Part shown: in pieces, positions 26,385 to 35,846 of the stretch
How the letters are laid out: every line of letters starts with the position of its first letter
How positions within the stretch are numbered: position 1 is the stretch's first letter
NCBI GenBank assembly: GCA_022868165.1
Contig: JALHYA010000004.1
Coordinates: 83,432-147,431 of the forward strand
Direction of reading: 5' to 3'
Length of the DNA: 64,000 nucleotides
Origin: Patescibacteria group bacterium
GTDB lineage: Bacteria > Patescibacteriota > Microgenomatia > UBA8517
The notes under the pieces: model-generated
What the model was told of the DNA's origin: nothing
Databases searched by the model: none
What the model saw: the letters and a program-made list of their open reading frames with translations, nothing else
Position numbers and translations under genes: made by a program

Positions 26385-28475
26385 ATGGCCAAAAAACACA
26401 GACGCGGTGGAAGAAGGTCATTTAACCTCAAATTAAAAAAGGGGACCGTATATTCGATTGCCCAAGTTGTATTTTTTGCTCTTGCGGGTTTAATTTTTAT
26501 TTCTTTTGCCAGGCGGGGAGCGGCACTTGTTTTTATAAATAACTTTCTGGTTGCAAATTTCTCCTGGACTGTAGTATTTTTGCCTTTTATTTTTCTTGCA
26601 TTTGCTCTTCTGGTTTCCAAAATAAGAACTCCTTTAAGCCAGCCGAATGTGATTGTCGGAGGCTTGTTATTTTTTATTTCCCTTGTAAGTATCTCAAGGG
26701 CGGGGACTGTGGGAAGAGCGGCTTGGGACGGCGTTTCATCTTTGGTTACCGGAGTCGGAGCGTTTATTATTCTTCTCGGACTTTGCATGGTAGGGCTTAT
26801 TGTTCTTTTTAATACCTCAATAGACCAAGTCGTTACTTTTATTCTTTCCTTGTTTAACCAGTCGAGGCGCTACGTTACGGGTGCTCAAACCGGAGGCGGA
26901 GCTTTTACGAGAGGGGGGTTAAAAGTATCCGGCGGCCAGCCTTTTTCCAAAGAACCGGCGAAAAGTTCTCAAAGGGTTAACGAGGAGCCTTTGGCGCCCA
27001 AATTGGTGAGTAATGTTCCAGGAGAAGAACGGGTTTGGAAATATCCGCCGATTAGCCTTCTTAGCGATACCGAAACCGGCAAGGCCGACAGGGGTGACAT
27101 CAAAGGCAACGCCGCAACTATTGAGAAAACCCTTGAATCTTTCGGTATAACGGCGCGGGTTGTTGAAGTTAATATGGGTCCGGCGGTTACGCAATATGCT
27201 CTTGAAGTTGCGCTTGGCACAAAACTATCCAAAATTACCTCACTCGAAAGGGACCTTGCTCTGGCTCTTGCGGCACCCACCGGAACTATAAGAATTGAGG
27301 CCCCAATCCCCGGAAGGAATTTGGTGGGTATTGAGCTTCCAAACCGTTCTCCCGAATTTGTGCCTCTGAGGAAAATGCTCGAATCAAACGAAATGCGCGA
27401 GAGCCATTCAAAATTGGAGGTTTCTTTGGGATTGGATGTTTCTGGGAAGCCAGTTGTTTCGGATATCGGCAGAATGCCCCATGTCTTGATTGCGGGGCAG
27501 ACCGGTTCGGGAAAAAGCGTTTGTATAAATTCTTTCCTGGGCTCTATTCTTTTTAGGGCAACACCTTCGGAAGTTAAATTAATTCTGGTTGACCCTAAGA
27601 GAGTTGAACTTACCGGCTATAACGGTGTTCCCCATCTTCTTTCTCCGGTAATTGTGGAGCCCGAAAAGGTCATTTCGGCCCTAAGATGGATTCTTTCGGA
27701 GATGGACAGGAGATATAAGCTTTTTCAGCAGGCCGGCGTCAGAAATATTGACGCATATAATGAAATGTCAGGTTTCCAGGCTCTTCCATACATAGTTTTA
27801 ATTATCGACGAATTGGCGGATATTATGCTTTTTTCTCCAGTTGAAGTTGAAGACAATGTTACCAGAATTGCACAAATGAGCCGAGCAACCGGAATTCATA
27901 TGGTTTTAGCCACCCAAAGACCCTCGGTCGATGTTATTACGGGACTTATCAAGGCAAATATTCCTTGCAGAATTGCATTTGCCGTCGCTTCACAAGTTGA
28001 TTCCAGAGTTATTCTTGATACTCAGGGAGCCGAGAAACTTCTGGGTCGCGGAGATATGTTGTATCTTCCCCCGGAACAGGCAAAACCGCTCAGACTTCAG
28101 GGCGCATTTGTCTCGGATAGGGAAATAAATCAGCTTGTGGAATTTTTGAAGAATCAGGGAGTTACTCCGCAATATACGGAAGAAGTAATAAAGATGACGA
28201 AATCCGGAGTTCCTCAAGTTCCGGGACTGGATGGGGACATGGATGATTTGTTCCAGGAGGCAGTCAAGACAGTTTGTCAGTATGAAAGAGCTTCGGCCTC
28301 CCTTCTTCAAAGAAGGCTTTCTATTGGCTATGCCAGGGCAGCGCGAATTTTGGACCAGCTGGAAGCCACAGGGGTTGTTGGGCCCGCGGAGGGAAGTAAA
28401 CCAAGAGAAGTTTTGATTCAAAACGCAGATGAATTTTTAAATAGGTCTGCCCCACCCGAGTCTCCGCAGTCATAA
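26385..28475 (+). CDS. ftsK: DNA translocase FtsK/SpoIIIE
   Basis: N-terminal 4-5 TM, linker, motor domain HVLIAGQTGSGKSVCINSFL...LILVDPKRVEL...IVLIIDELADIM, C-terminal gamma winged helix (ASLLQRRLSIGYARAARILDQLE). Confidence 0.9.
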   Translation: MAKKHRRGGRRSFNLKLKKGTVYSIAQVVFFALAGLIFISFARRGAALVFINNFLVANFSWTVVFLPFIFLAFALLVSKIRTPLSQPNVIVGGLLFFISLVSISRAGTVGRAAWDGVSSLVTGVGAFIILLGLCMVGLIVLFNTSIDQVVTFILSLFNQSRRYVTGAQTGGGAFTRGGLKVSGGQPFSKEPAKSSQRVNEEPLAPKLVSNVPGEERVWKYPPISLLSDTETGKADRGDIKGNAATIEKTLESFGITARVVEVNMGPAVTQYALEVALGTKLSKITSLERDLALALAAPTGTIRIEAPIPGRNLVGIELPNRSPEFVPLRKMLESNEMRESHSKLEVSLGLDVSGKPVVSDIGRMPHVLIAGQTGSGKSVCINSFLGSILFRATPSEVKLILVDPKRVELTGYNGVPHLLSPVIVEPEKVISALRWILSEMDRRYKLFQQAGVRNIDAYNEMSGFQALPYIVLIIDELADIMLFSPVEVEDNVTRIAQMSRATGIHMVLATQRPSVDVITGLIKANIPCRIAFAVASQVDSRVILDTQGAEKLLGRGDMLYLPPEQAKPLRLQGAFVSDREINQLVEFLKNQGVTPQYTEEVIKMTKSGVPQVPGLDGDMDDLFQEAVKTVCQYERASASLLQRRLSIGYARAARILDQLEATGVVGPAEGSKPREVLIQNADEFLNRSAPPESPQS

Positions 28476-28481
28476 TTTTTA

Positions 28482-29105
28482 ATGAAAACAATAGGCGAGG
28501 CTATCAAAAATGCCCGGTCGAAGAAAAGATATTCTTTGGCAAAAGTCGAGGACGAGACAAAGATAAAAAAGGAATTTGTAGAGGCAATCGAAAATGAAAA
28601 GTGGGAGCAACTCCCCGAATATCCGGTTCTGGTTGGATTTGTCAAGAATTTGAGCAGATTTTTAGGGTTGGAAGAACGAAGCACGGTCGCGCTTTTGCGC
28701 CGGGATTATCCTCCGAAGAAGCTTTCTATAAATCCCAAACCGGATGTCTCCAGTAAATTTTCGTGGAGCCCAAAACTGACATTTTTTGTGGGAATAGCGG
28801 TTGTACTGGTTGCAATTTTTGGGTATTTGGCATTCCAGTATTACAAGTTTATTACTCCACCCCGCCTCTCGGTAAATGAACCGCAGCAAAATGAGGTAGT
28901 CAAAGTCCGAGATTTCAAGGTTTTTGGCACGACCGATCCTGACGCAACGGTGAGAGTAAATAATCAGCCTGCCTTGGTAAATGACGACGGAAGCTTTACT
29001 GTTGATATTGCAATTTATGAAGGAACAAACGAAATTGTGATAAGTGCAACTTCTCGCTCTGGAAAAACAACCACAATACATCGTAATATAAAGCCTGAAC
29101 TGTAA
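28482..29105 (+). CDS. rodZ: RodZ-like protein (N-terminal XRE-type HTH, single TM, C-terminal beta domain)
   Basis: MKTIGEAIKNARSKKRYSLAKVEDETKIKKEFVEAIENEKWEQLP (HTH), then TM LTFFVGIAVVLVAIFGYLAF, then extracytoplasmic domain. Confidence 0.5.
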   Translation: MKTIGEAIKNARSKKRYSLAKVEDETKIKKEFVEAIENEKWEQLPEYPVLVGFVKNLSRFLGLEERSTVALLRRDYPPKKLSINPKPDVSSKFSWSPKLTFFVGIAVVLVAIFGYLAFQYYKFITPPRLSVNEPQQNEVVKVRDFKVFGTTDPDATVRVNNQPALVNDDGSFTVDIAIYEGTNEIVISATSRSGKTTTIHRNIKPEL

Positions 29106-29362
29106 TGGACGGAGTTCAAACACTTTTAGTAATCGTAGTAGTTTCTTTAACCCTTCTTCTTTTGGTGGTCGGAATTCAGGTTTTGATGATAATTATCGAT
29201 TTGAGGAAAGCAATAAAGCGGCTAAATAGTATTTTGGAGGATGCAATTTTGGGGGGAGGTTTAATCCGGCCCGAAAAACTTACAGGCGTAGTTGAAATTT
29301 TCAGAAAAAATAAAAAGATGGAAACCTTCGGCCAGGAATCTTCTCCTCACACTCCCAAATGA
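29105..29362 (+). CDS. Small hypothetical membrane protein (one TM)
   Basis: TAATG overlap with the rodZ-like stop. TM LLVIVVVSLTLLLLVVGIQVLMIIIDL. No homolog recognised. Confidence 0.35.
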   Translation: MDGVQTLLVIVVVSLTLLLLVVGIQVLMIIIDLRKAIKRLNSILEDAILGGGLIRPEKLTGVVEIFRKNKKMETFGQESSPHTPK

Positions 29363-29387
29363 CCTCCATTCGTCGTATACTTTAGCC

Positions 29388-31199
29388 ATGACCACGGACG
29401 AAATTCGCGAGAGGTATTTGAAATTTTTTGAAGGCAAAGGACACGTTCGAATCGAGCCTGCCCCTCTTGTATTGGAAAACGACCCCACCACCCTTTTTAC
29501 TTCGGCCGGAATGCAGCCTCTTATTCCTTATCTCAAAGGAGAACCGCACCCAAAAGGGAAAAGGCTTGTCGATTCTCAGCTCTCATTGAGACTCCAAGAT
29601 ATCGAAGAAGTCGGCGATAATCGTCATACAACATACTTTGAGATGTTGGGCAACTGGTCTTTAGGAGATTATTTCAAAAAGGAGCAGCTCGAGTGGTGTT
29701 TGGAGTTTTTTACCAAAGAATTGGGATTGCCCAAAGAGAAACTTTGGGTTTCGGTTTTTGAAGGAACGAAGGAAGTTTCTAAAGACGAAGAGTCGGCATC
29801 GAGATGGAAAGAATTGGGAATCCCCGAAGATAGAATTTTCTTTTACGGAGTCGACAAAAATTGGTGGAGTAGAAGCGGGGAGCCGGATAAAATGCCGGCC
29901 GGGGAAATTGGCGGCCCGGATTCGGAAACCTTTTTCGATTTTGGAACGCCGCACAACCCTAAATATGGCAAGGAGTGCCACCCGAACTGCCAATGCGGAA
30001 GGTTTTTGGAAATAGGCAACTCGGTTTTTATTCAATACCAGAAAAACAAAGACGGAACTTTGTCCGAACTTCCACAGAAAAATGTCGATTTCGGAGGGGG
30101 GCTCGAAAGAATTTCCGCCGTCGTGGATGGTTTATCCGATGTTTTCCTGATTGATGTTTATACCCCAGTTATCAAAGTTTTAGAAAAAGAGACTGGGATT
30201 AAATATGGTTCCTCGGATGGAAACACAACCAGCTTCAGAATTATCGCCGACCATTTAAGGGCGGCTGTAGCAATTGCCAGCGAGGGGGTCGAACCGTCAA
30301 ACCGCGGGCAAGGATATATTTTAAGAAGACTGTTAAGAAAAGCAATTGTCCGTTATTCGCGATTAACAGACAAAGAAATTAAAGATTTTCTAAAGTCTAA
30401 TAGCCTGGACACAATTGTCGAGGCTCTAGGTGGGGCAAAGGTAAAAGAGTTATTCCAGGCAGAGTGGGACAAATTCGAAAGAACGTTTTGTACAGCCTAT
30501 CCTGCGATTATGAAACTGGCTACGAGAGAAAATAATATAGTAAGCGGAGAAGAAGCTTTCGAGTTATTCGAATCTCACGGTCTGTTGCCAGATGTCCAGA
30601 AGGAGGTTTTAGAGACAAGATTTGGAAAAAGAATCGATTGGGATAAATTTAAAGAACTTTTTGAAAAACACCAGGAGCAATCAAGAACCGCCTCTGCCGG
30701 TATGTTTAAAGGTGGACTAGCGGATACATCGGAAGAAGTAACCAAACTCCATACGGCAACACATCTTTTACACGCGGCCTTAAGAAAAGTTTTGGGCGAA
30801 CACGTTTCCCAAAAAGGTTCAAATATTACTGCCGAAAGGCTTCGATTCGATTTTTCGCACCCACAGAAACTGACGGAGGAAGAAATCAAAAAGGTCGAAG
30901 ATTTGGTTAATGAACAAATTAAAGAAGATTTGCCCGTCTCTTTTGAAACAATGAGCCTGGACGAGGCAATCAAAAAAGGCGCACTCCATTTCTTCGGGGA
31001 AAAATACGGCAAAGAAGTCAAAGTCTATACAATTGACCCTTCGACTCGCCCTGCTCGCTCAGGACTTGCTCCCTTTAGTCGCGAAGTTTGCGGGGGACCC
31101 CACGTTTCCCACATCGGCGAGCTTGGCCGTGTTAGAATTATTAAACAAGAAAAGGTCGGGGCAGGCATAGTTCGAATCTATGCCACAACCGGAAAATAA
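29388..31199 (+). CDS. alaS: Alanine--tRNA ligase (short form lacking C-Ala domain)
   Basis: MTTDEIRERYLKFFEGKGH...NDPTTLFTSAGMQ (class II catalytic core). Editing-domain motifs HTATHLLHAALRKVLG and CGGPHV. The ORF-track start 29292 was trimmed to the homologous N-terminus. Confidence 0.9.
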   Translation: MTTDEIRERYLKFFEGKGHVRIEPAPLVLENDPTTLFTSAGMQPLIPYLKGEPHPKGKRLVDSQLSLRLQDIEEVGDNRHTTYFEMLGNWSLGDYFKKEQLEWCLEFFTKELGLPKEKLWVSVFEGTKEVSKDEESASRWKELGIPEDRIFFYGVDKNWWSRSGEPDKMPAGEIGGPDSETFFDFGTPHNPKYGKECHPNCQCGRFLEIGNSVFIQYQKNKDGTLSELPQKNVDFGGGLERISAVVDGLSDVFLIDVYTPVIKVLEKETGIKYGSSDGNTTSFRIIADHLRAAVAIASEGVEPSNRGQGYILRRLLRKAIVRYSRLTDKEIKDFLKSNSLDTIVEALGGAKVKELFQAEWDKFERTFCTAYPAIMKLATRENNIVSGEEAFELFESHGLLPDVQKEVLETRFGKRIDWDKFKELFEKHQEQSRTASAGMFKGGLADTSEEVTKLHTATHLLHAALRKVLGEHVSQKGSNITAERLRFDFSHPQKLTEEEIKKVEDLVNEQIKEDLPVSFETMSLDEAIKKGALHFFGEKYGKEVKVYTIDPSTRPARSGLAPFSREVCGGPHVSHIGELGRVRIIKQEKVGAGIVRIYATTGK

Positions 31200-31205
31200 T
31201 ACCTC

Positions 31206-33377
31206 ATGGATTTAAAGAGCATTTTAGGTGGCCGCGAAGAAAAAAGCAGAGAGCTCTACTGGGCTTTGGTAATTGAACCCTCTTGGATTCAAGCTGGTAT
31301 TTGGGAAATTGTTGCCGGTAAAGCAAACGTAACTTCAATCAGTCCCTCCGCGGCTTGGGAAACCGAAGAGGAAATGATTGCCGCTGCGGATACCGCCCTA
31401 TCGGCTTCTGTTCAAAGCCTTCCCGAAGAAGCCCCCGAGCCTTCAAAGACGGTTTTTGGCGTTGCCTCCCTATGGGTTGCCAATGGACAGATTAAAGATG
31501 AATATCTTTCAAAAATCAGGAAAATCTGTGCGGAACTTTCTCTCCAACCTGTTGGTTTTGTCGTAATTCCGGAAGCGGTTGCCCATCTTGTCAAATCCGA
31601 AGAATCCACCCCCCTAAACGGGATAGTTGTAGGCATCGGGGCTGAAGAACTGGAGCTTTCCCTCTTTAGATTGGGAAACCTGATAGGAACAACGCAGGTT
31701 TCAAGAAGTGTTTCTTTGGCAGAGGATGTTACCGAAGGGCTTACCCGCTTTAACCAAACGGAGCCTCTTCCTTCAAGAATTTTGATTTATGACGGTAAAG
31801 AAGGAGAGTTGGAGGACGAAAGGCAAAGCCTGATAAAAACAAATTGGGAAGATTTCGAGAAGCTTAAATTTTTGCATACTCCAAAAGTTGAAGTCTTGGA
31901 GCCGGATAGAAAGGTTCTGGCAACATCATTGGCTGGAGCATCGGAGATTGCTAATGTTTCTGCGGTCGAAAGCCCGAAAGTAGAACGCTTTACCGGGGAG
32001 GACGAAACCCAGGAAGACGTAGAAAACGTAAAGGCTCCGGAAAAAGAAGTTACCGCAGAGGAGCTGGGGTTTGTGGTTGGACAGGATGTCAGAACAAACC
32101 AAGAAGTGCCGCAGCCAGTTGCCCCAACTTTACCCCCGAAGGAAATTCCTCGTCCTGCCGCAAGCGTTCGTCATCTCAAGCCGCCCGCCATATTAGGTTT
32201 TTTTAAGAAAATCCATTTGCCGAAATTCCGGTTGCCGATTTTGGGAACTCAGCCATTTATTGTCGCCGGAATTTTCCTTGGTCTTCTTTTTATTGCAGGT
32301 TTTATCTATTGGTGGACCGTTCCAACTGCCGACGTAACAATCTTTGTTTCTCCCAAGAAATTGAATGAGAATGTTTCGATGAAAATTTCCACCAGTGTGA
32401 CCAATCCGGATATAAACGCCAAGGTTCTTCCCGGCAAAGTTTTGACGACTGATGTTTCGGGAGATAAGACAATCCAAACGACCGGCACAAAGGTGATTGG
32501 GGACAAGGCAAAGGGCTCGGTGAATATAAGAAACGGAACTGCATCTGCCTTGGATCTTCCGGCCGGAACCGTAATTTACGGAACAAACGATCTTCAGTAC
32601 ACCCTGGATCAAGAAGCTTCGGTTTCGGCACAAATTTCCCCGGGTACCCCCGGCACAGCGACCGTTAACGTGACTGCTTCGGATATCGGCACTCAATATA
32701 ATTTGGATAAGGACGTGTCTTTTAAGGTTTCAAATTATCCGCAGTCAGTGGTCGATGCCGTTTCGACCGCAACATTCGCCGGGGGTTCGAGCCGTGATAT
32801 TTCTTCGGTTTCCGAAGACGACCAAAAAAATTTGGAGAAAACGCTTACCGATGAACTTTTGGATAAGGCTAAAGATAAACTGTCCAAATTGGTTGACCAA
32901 GGAATGTATTTTGTTGGCGACGGCCTTGTTTTAACAGAAGTATCGAAAGATTTCAGCAACAAAGTTGGAGACGAGGCCTCAAATCTTAAACTTTCGCTTT
33001 CCCTTAGTGTCCAGGGTTTGGAGGTAGATAAAAAAGCATATGTGGAATTGGCCAAATCCGCTCTTTCCGCGAAAGCTCCCTCGGGGTTTGTTTTAAGGGA
33101 AGACCAAATAAAAGGAAATTTCGATTTCAAGAAAAAAGACGGCAACACTTATTTTTTCGACATAGCATTTAGCGCCAACTTGCTTCCACAAATAAACACG
33201 GCGGATATCACAAAGAACATTGTTGGGAGGCAGCAATCCGTTGCGGAAACCTATCTTACCAGTATTCCCGGCTTCTCGCGGGTTGATATTAATCTAAAAC
33301 CCCGTCTGCCGGGAAGACTCGGAAGCCTTCCGAGAATAGAAAAGCATATTCATATCACTATTGACTCCGAACGATGA
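31206..33377 (+). CDS. Large bitopic membrane protein: cytoplasmic domain with faint actin-like (PilM/FtsA-like, degenerate) features, one TM, large extracytoplasmic beta-rich domain
   Basis: About 340-aa N-terminal domain (ELYWALVIEPSWIQAGIWEIV...; VVGIGAEELELSLFRLGNLIGTT... reminiscent of actin-fold phosphate motifs but degenerate), TM FIVAGIFLGLLFIAGFIYWW, about 350-aa exported domain. 4-nt overlap with the downstream sortase gene. Confidence 0.4.
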   Translation: MDLKSILGGREEKSRELYWALVIEPSWIQAGIWEIVAGKANVTSISPSAAWETEEEMIAAADTALSASVQSLPEEAPEPSKTVFGVASLWVANGQIKDEYLSKIRKICAELSLQPVGFVVIPEAVAHLVKSEESTPLNGIVVGIGAEELELSLFRLGNLIGTTQVSRSVSLAEDVTEGLTRFNQTEPLPSRILIYDGKEGELEDERQSLIKTNWEDFEKLKFLHTPKVEVLEPDRKVLATSLAGASEIANVSAVESPKVERFTGEDETQEDVENVKAPEKEVTAEELGFVVGQDVRTNQEVPQPVAPTLPPKEIPRPAASVRHLKPPAILGFFKKIHLPKFRLPILGTQPFIVAGIFLGLLFIAGFIYWWTVPTADVTIFVSPKKLNENVSMKISTSVTNPDINAKVLPGKVLTTDVSGDKTIQTTGTKVIGDKAKGSVNIRNGTASALDLPAGTVIYGTNDLQYTLDQEASVSAQISPGTPGTATVNVTASDIGTQYNLDKDVSFKVSNYPQSVVDAVSTATFAGGSSRDISSVSEDDQKNLEKTLTDELLDKAKDKLSKLVDQGMYFVGDGLVLTEVSKDFSNKVGDEASNLKLSLSLSVQGLEVDKKAYVELAKSALSAKAPSGFVLREDQIKGNFDFKKKDGNTYFFDIAFSANLLPQINTADITKNIVGRQQSVAETYLTSIPGFSRVDINLKPRLPGRLGSLPRIEKHIHITIDSER

Positions 33378-34063
33378 AGAAAAAACTTCTTTCAAGAATT
33401 TTTGCGGGGGTATTGGGCATCTTCGGCTTGGCAATTTTAATTGCCATTATTGTTCCGCTTGCGAATTATCAAAGAATTTCTTCGCAGAAGTACCCGAAAC
33501 TTCTAAGTCCGATTCCGGATAAGGGTGGCTCTACCCTTGGGGAGGAAAGCGATTTAACTAAAGCCTCGAACTGGTTTGTTGGTGGGGCCAAAAGCGGAGA
33601 TTTTACCTCATCAAGTGTTTCTTTTTATACGATTTCAATTCCTAAACTAAAAATCGATTCGGCCTCTGTGGCCTTTGGAGGAGAAGATTTGTCCAAAAGT
33701 CTAATCCATTATCCGGGTACCGCGCTCCCTGGGCAAAAAGGCAATGCCGTAATTTTCGGCCACTCCGTTCTTCCTTTGTTTTTTGACCCTAAAGATTATT
33801 TAAAGATTTTTTCAACGCTGCCGAGCCTAAACAAGGGAGATGAAATTTTGGTTAATTATGACGGTGTTTCCTATAAATACCGCGTCGAAACAATGCAGGA
33901 AATTTTGCCGACCGATTTGCAGGTTTTGGATCAGGACAAAAGCGATTCATTTTTAACGTTGGTTACCTGCGTCCCGCCGGGAGACCCCAGAAAACCATTT
34001 AGACTAATCGTTCGTGCTAGAATAGTTCCACTTGCGCAGACAAATGCGAATACTTGGAATTGA
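33374..34063 (+). CDS. Sortase family transpeptidase (membrane-anchored)
   Basis: N-terminal TM. Catalytic His in AVIFGHS, TLxTC motif in FLTLVTC, conserved Arg in LIVRARI. Confidence 0.8.
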   Translation: MKKKLLSRIFAGVLGIFGLAILIAIIVPLANYQRISSQKYPKLLSPIPDKGGSTLGEESDLTKASNWFVGGAKSGDFTSSSVSFYTISIPKLKIDSASVAFGGEDLSKSLIHYPGTALPGQKGNAVIFGHSVLPLFFDPKDYLKIFSTLPSLNKGDEILVNYDGVSYKYRVETMQEILPTDLQVLDQDKSDSFLTLVTCVPPGDPRKPFRLIVRARIVPLAQTNANTWN

Positions 34064-34439
34064 TTACGGAAGAAAAAAAATAGGCCTTGCTTTTGCGGAC
34101 TCAAAATTGGCTGACCCTTTAGCTGTTGTTCACGGAGAGACAACCGAGGAGCTGATCGAAGACCTCAAAAAGATTATTATAAAGAATCAGGTTGAAAAGA
34201 TTGTGGTCGGGATTTCGGAAAACGAAATGGGGGAAGAGTCGAAGAGATTTAGTCTGAGTCTAAAAGAGAAATTAAAAATACCGGTAGAGACTTTCGATGA
34301 AACTCTAACTACCCAGGAGGCCCAAAAATTGGCCATCGAGGCCGGCATAAAAAGACAAAAAAGAAAAGAGCTGGAGGATGCATACGCAGCCGCGCTTATG
34401 TTACAATCCTACTTAGACGAGAAGGAGATAAATGTTTAA
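34044..34439 (+). CDS. ruvX: Putative pre-16S rRNA nuclease / Holliday junction resolvase-like YqgF (RuvX)
   Basis: MRILGIDYGRKKIGLAFAD...KIVVGISEN...AAALMLQSYLD. RNase H-like fold signature. Confidence 0.8.
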   Translation: MRILGIDYGRKKIGLAFADSKLADPLAVVHGETTEELIEDLKKIIIKNQVEKIVVGISENEMGEESKRFSLSLKEKLKIPVETFDETLTTQEAQKLAIEAGIKRQKRKELEDAYAAALMLQSYLDEKEINV

Positions 34440-34632
34440 GAACGTAATTGCACCGATTCAGGCTTGGCTTCTTTCCCAAAAACGCTGCGTTGGTTGCGGA
34501 AAAGAGCTCGCCGATGCCAAAAGAGGTAAGGCAAAGGGAGGCGAAGAAAAAGTCACTTGTTTCTGCGGCCGTATTTATATTCACGACACAAAAACCGACA
34601 AATACAGGCGCGCTCTCTTGGAAGAAGTTTAA
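34432..34632 (+). CDS. Small Cys4 zinc-ribbon protein, hypothetical
   Basis: 66 aa. CVGC...(19)...CFC. 8-nt overlap with the ruvX end. Confidence 0.35.
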   Translation: MFKNVIAPIQAWLLSQKRCVGCGKELADAKRGKAKGGEEKVTCFCGRIYIHDTKTDKYRRALLEEV

Positions 34633-34706
34633 CCTCAATAACATCCTCCGCAGGCTAAAGCGTGCGGTTTCCTTTGAAGGAGGATGATATATCAGGTTCA
34701 ATTCCT

Positions 34707-34728
34707 CCACGAATTAAAAAATTCGTGG
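34707..34728. promoter_or_regulatory. Perfect 9-bp inverted repeat CCACGAATT-AAAA-AATTCGTGG 17 nt upstream of mltG
   Basis: Seen in sequence. Preceded by a GC-rich imperfect hairpin (CATCCTCC ... GGAGGATG, 34642-34686). Candidate operator or attenuator. Confidence 0.35.
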
Positions 34729-34744
34729 TATCCTTGAAACTGTT

Positions 34745-35734
34745 ATGAAGCGCACAATTCTTGTTTTATTTGTACTGGCCATAGCTGTTTTGGGAATCTT
34801 TTGGTGGAGGGAAAATACAAAGTCGGTTTCGGCCGATAAGGCGTTGAAAAGTATTGTTATACCCAGAGGTTCAAGTGCGGGTGCAATAGGCACGCGTCTT
34901 GCCCAGGCGGGGTTGATTAAAAACTCTTTGATTTTCAGAATTTATACAAGGATTACCGGAACGGCCGGAAAAATCCAGGCGGGAGAATATCTTCTTTCGC
35001 CAAGTTTCCCGTTAACAAAAATTGTTGAATATCTAACAAATGGGCCTGTCGAAGTCTGGGTTACGGTACCCGAAGGAATGCGAAGAGAAGAAATTGCCGA
35101 TAAATTTATATCGGGGCTCGGCAAGAACGGGGAGGATGCGACGGTCTTTAGAGACGAATTCTTAAATCGCTCAAGCGGACTTGAAGGTTTTCTTTTCCCC
35201 GATACATACCTATTTCCCAAGGACGCAAGTGCATCCGCAGTCGTTGCCAAATTAAGATCGACATTTGATTTACGGGTGGATTCAAAAATGAAAGAGGATA
35301 TTTCCAAGTCCGCATACGATTTGGGTCAGATTATTAGTTTGGCCGCCATTATCGAAAGGGAAACGATCACGTCTGGTGAGCGTCCGGTGGTCGCAGGCAT
35401 TTTATATAAAAGATTAAAAGCCGGATGGCCTCTCCAGGTGGATGCGACAATCCAATATGCACTCAGTAGCCAAAAATGCTCGGTCGGTACGGGATGCAAT
35501 TGGTGGCCGAATGTATCAATAGACGATAGAGCCATAAATTCTAGATACAACACATACAAATTTGCCGGCTTGTCGCCAACACCCATTGCCAGTCCCGGTC
35601 TTTCGTCAATTAAGGCGGCAATTTACCCGGAAGATTCGCCATATTGGTACTATCTTCATGATTCAAAAGGAGTAATTCATTATGCACGGACGTTGGAAGA
35701 ACATAACCAGAATATCAATAAATACATAATGTAA
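34745..35734 (+). CDS. mltG: Endolytic murein transglycosylase MltG (YceG-like)
   Basis: N-terminal TM, then VTVPEGMRREEIA...FLFPDTYLF...AAIIERET...GWPLQVDATIQYAL...NTYKFAGLSPTPIASPG. Confidence 0.85.
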   Translation: MKRTILVLFVLAIAVLGIFWWRENTKSVSADKALKSIVIPRGSSAGAIGTRLAQAGLIKNSLIFRIYTRITGTAGKIQAGEYLLSPSFPLTKIVEYLTNGPVEVWVTVPEGMRREEIADKFISGLGKNGEDATVFRDEFLNRSSGLEGFLFPDTYLFPKDASASAVVAKLRSTFDLRVDSKMKEDISKSAYDLGQIISLAAIIERETITSGERPVVAGILYKRLKAGWPLQVDATIQYALSSQKCSVGTGCNWWPNVSIDDRAINSRYNTYKFAGLSPTPIASPGLSSIKAAIYPEDSPYWYYLHDSKGVIHYARTLEEHNQNINKYIM

Positions 35735-35754
35735 GGATATGAGAAAGTTTCCCC

Positions 35755-35782
35755 TTGACACGAGCGTGCTGTTTTGTATAAT
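35755..35782 (+). promoter_or_regulatory. Strong consensus sigma-70 promoter for the rpoB-rpoC operon (TTGACA-N16-TATAAT with upstream TG)
   Basis: TTGACA 35755-35760; TGTATAAT 35775-35782. Confidence 0.5.
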
Positions 35783-35811
35783 CCACCCTAGGCGTACGTA
35801 AGTACGTTGTT

Positions 35812-35842
35812 CCCGCTTCATTCTGCGGGGGTTTTGTGTTTG
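35812..35842 (+). promoter_or_regulatory. Leader hairpin CCCGC-TTCATTCT-GCGGG followed by GGUUUUGUGUUUG, ending 4 nt before the rpoB ATG
   Basis: Seen in sequence. Attenuator-like structure. No Shine-Dalgarno sequence before ATG 35847. Confidence 0.4.
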
Positions 35843-35846
35843 TAAA

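Noticed and set aside
34684-34737. 17-codon upstream ORF (MIYQVQFLHELKNSWYP) preceded by AAGGAGG, a possible leader peptide for mltG
   Set aside because: The GGAGG lies immediately adjacent to the ATG (0-1 nt spacing), too close for a functional RBS. The AAGGAGG is more simply explained as one arm of the GC hairpin.
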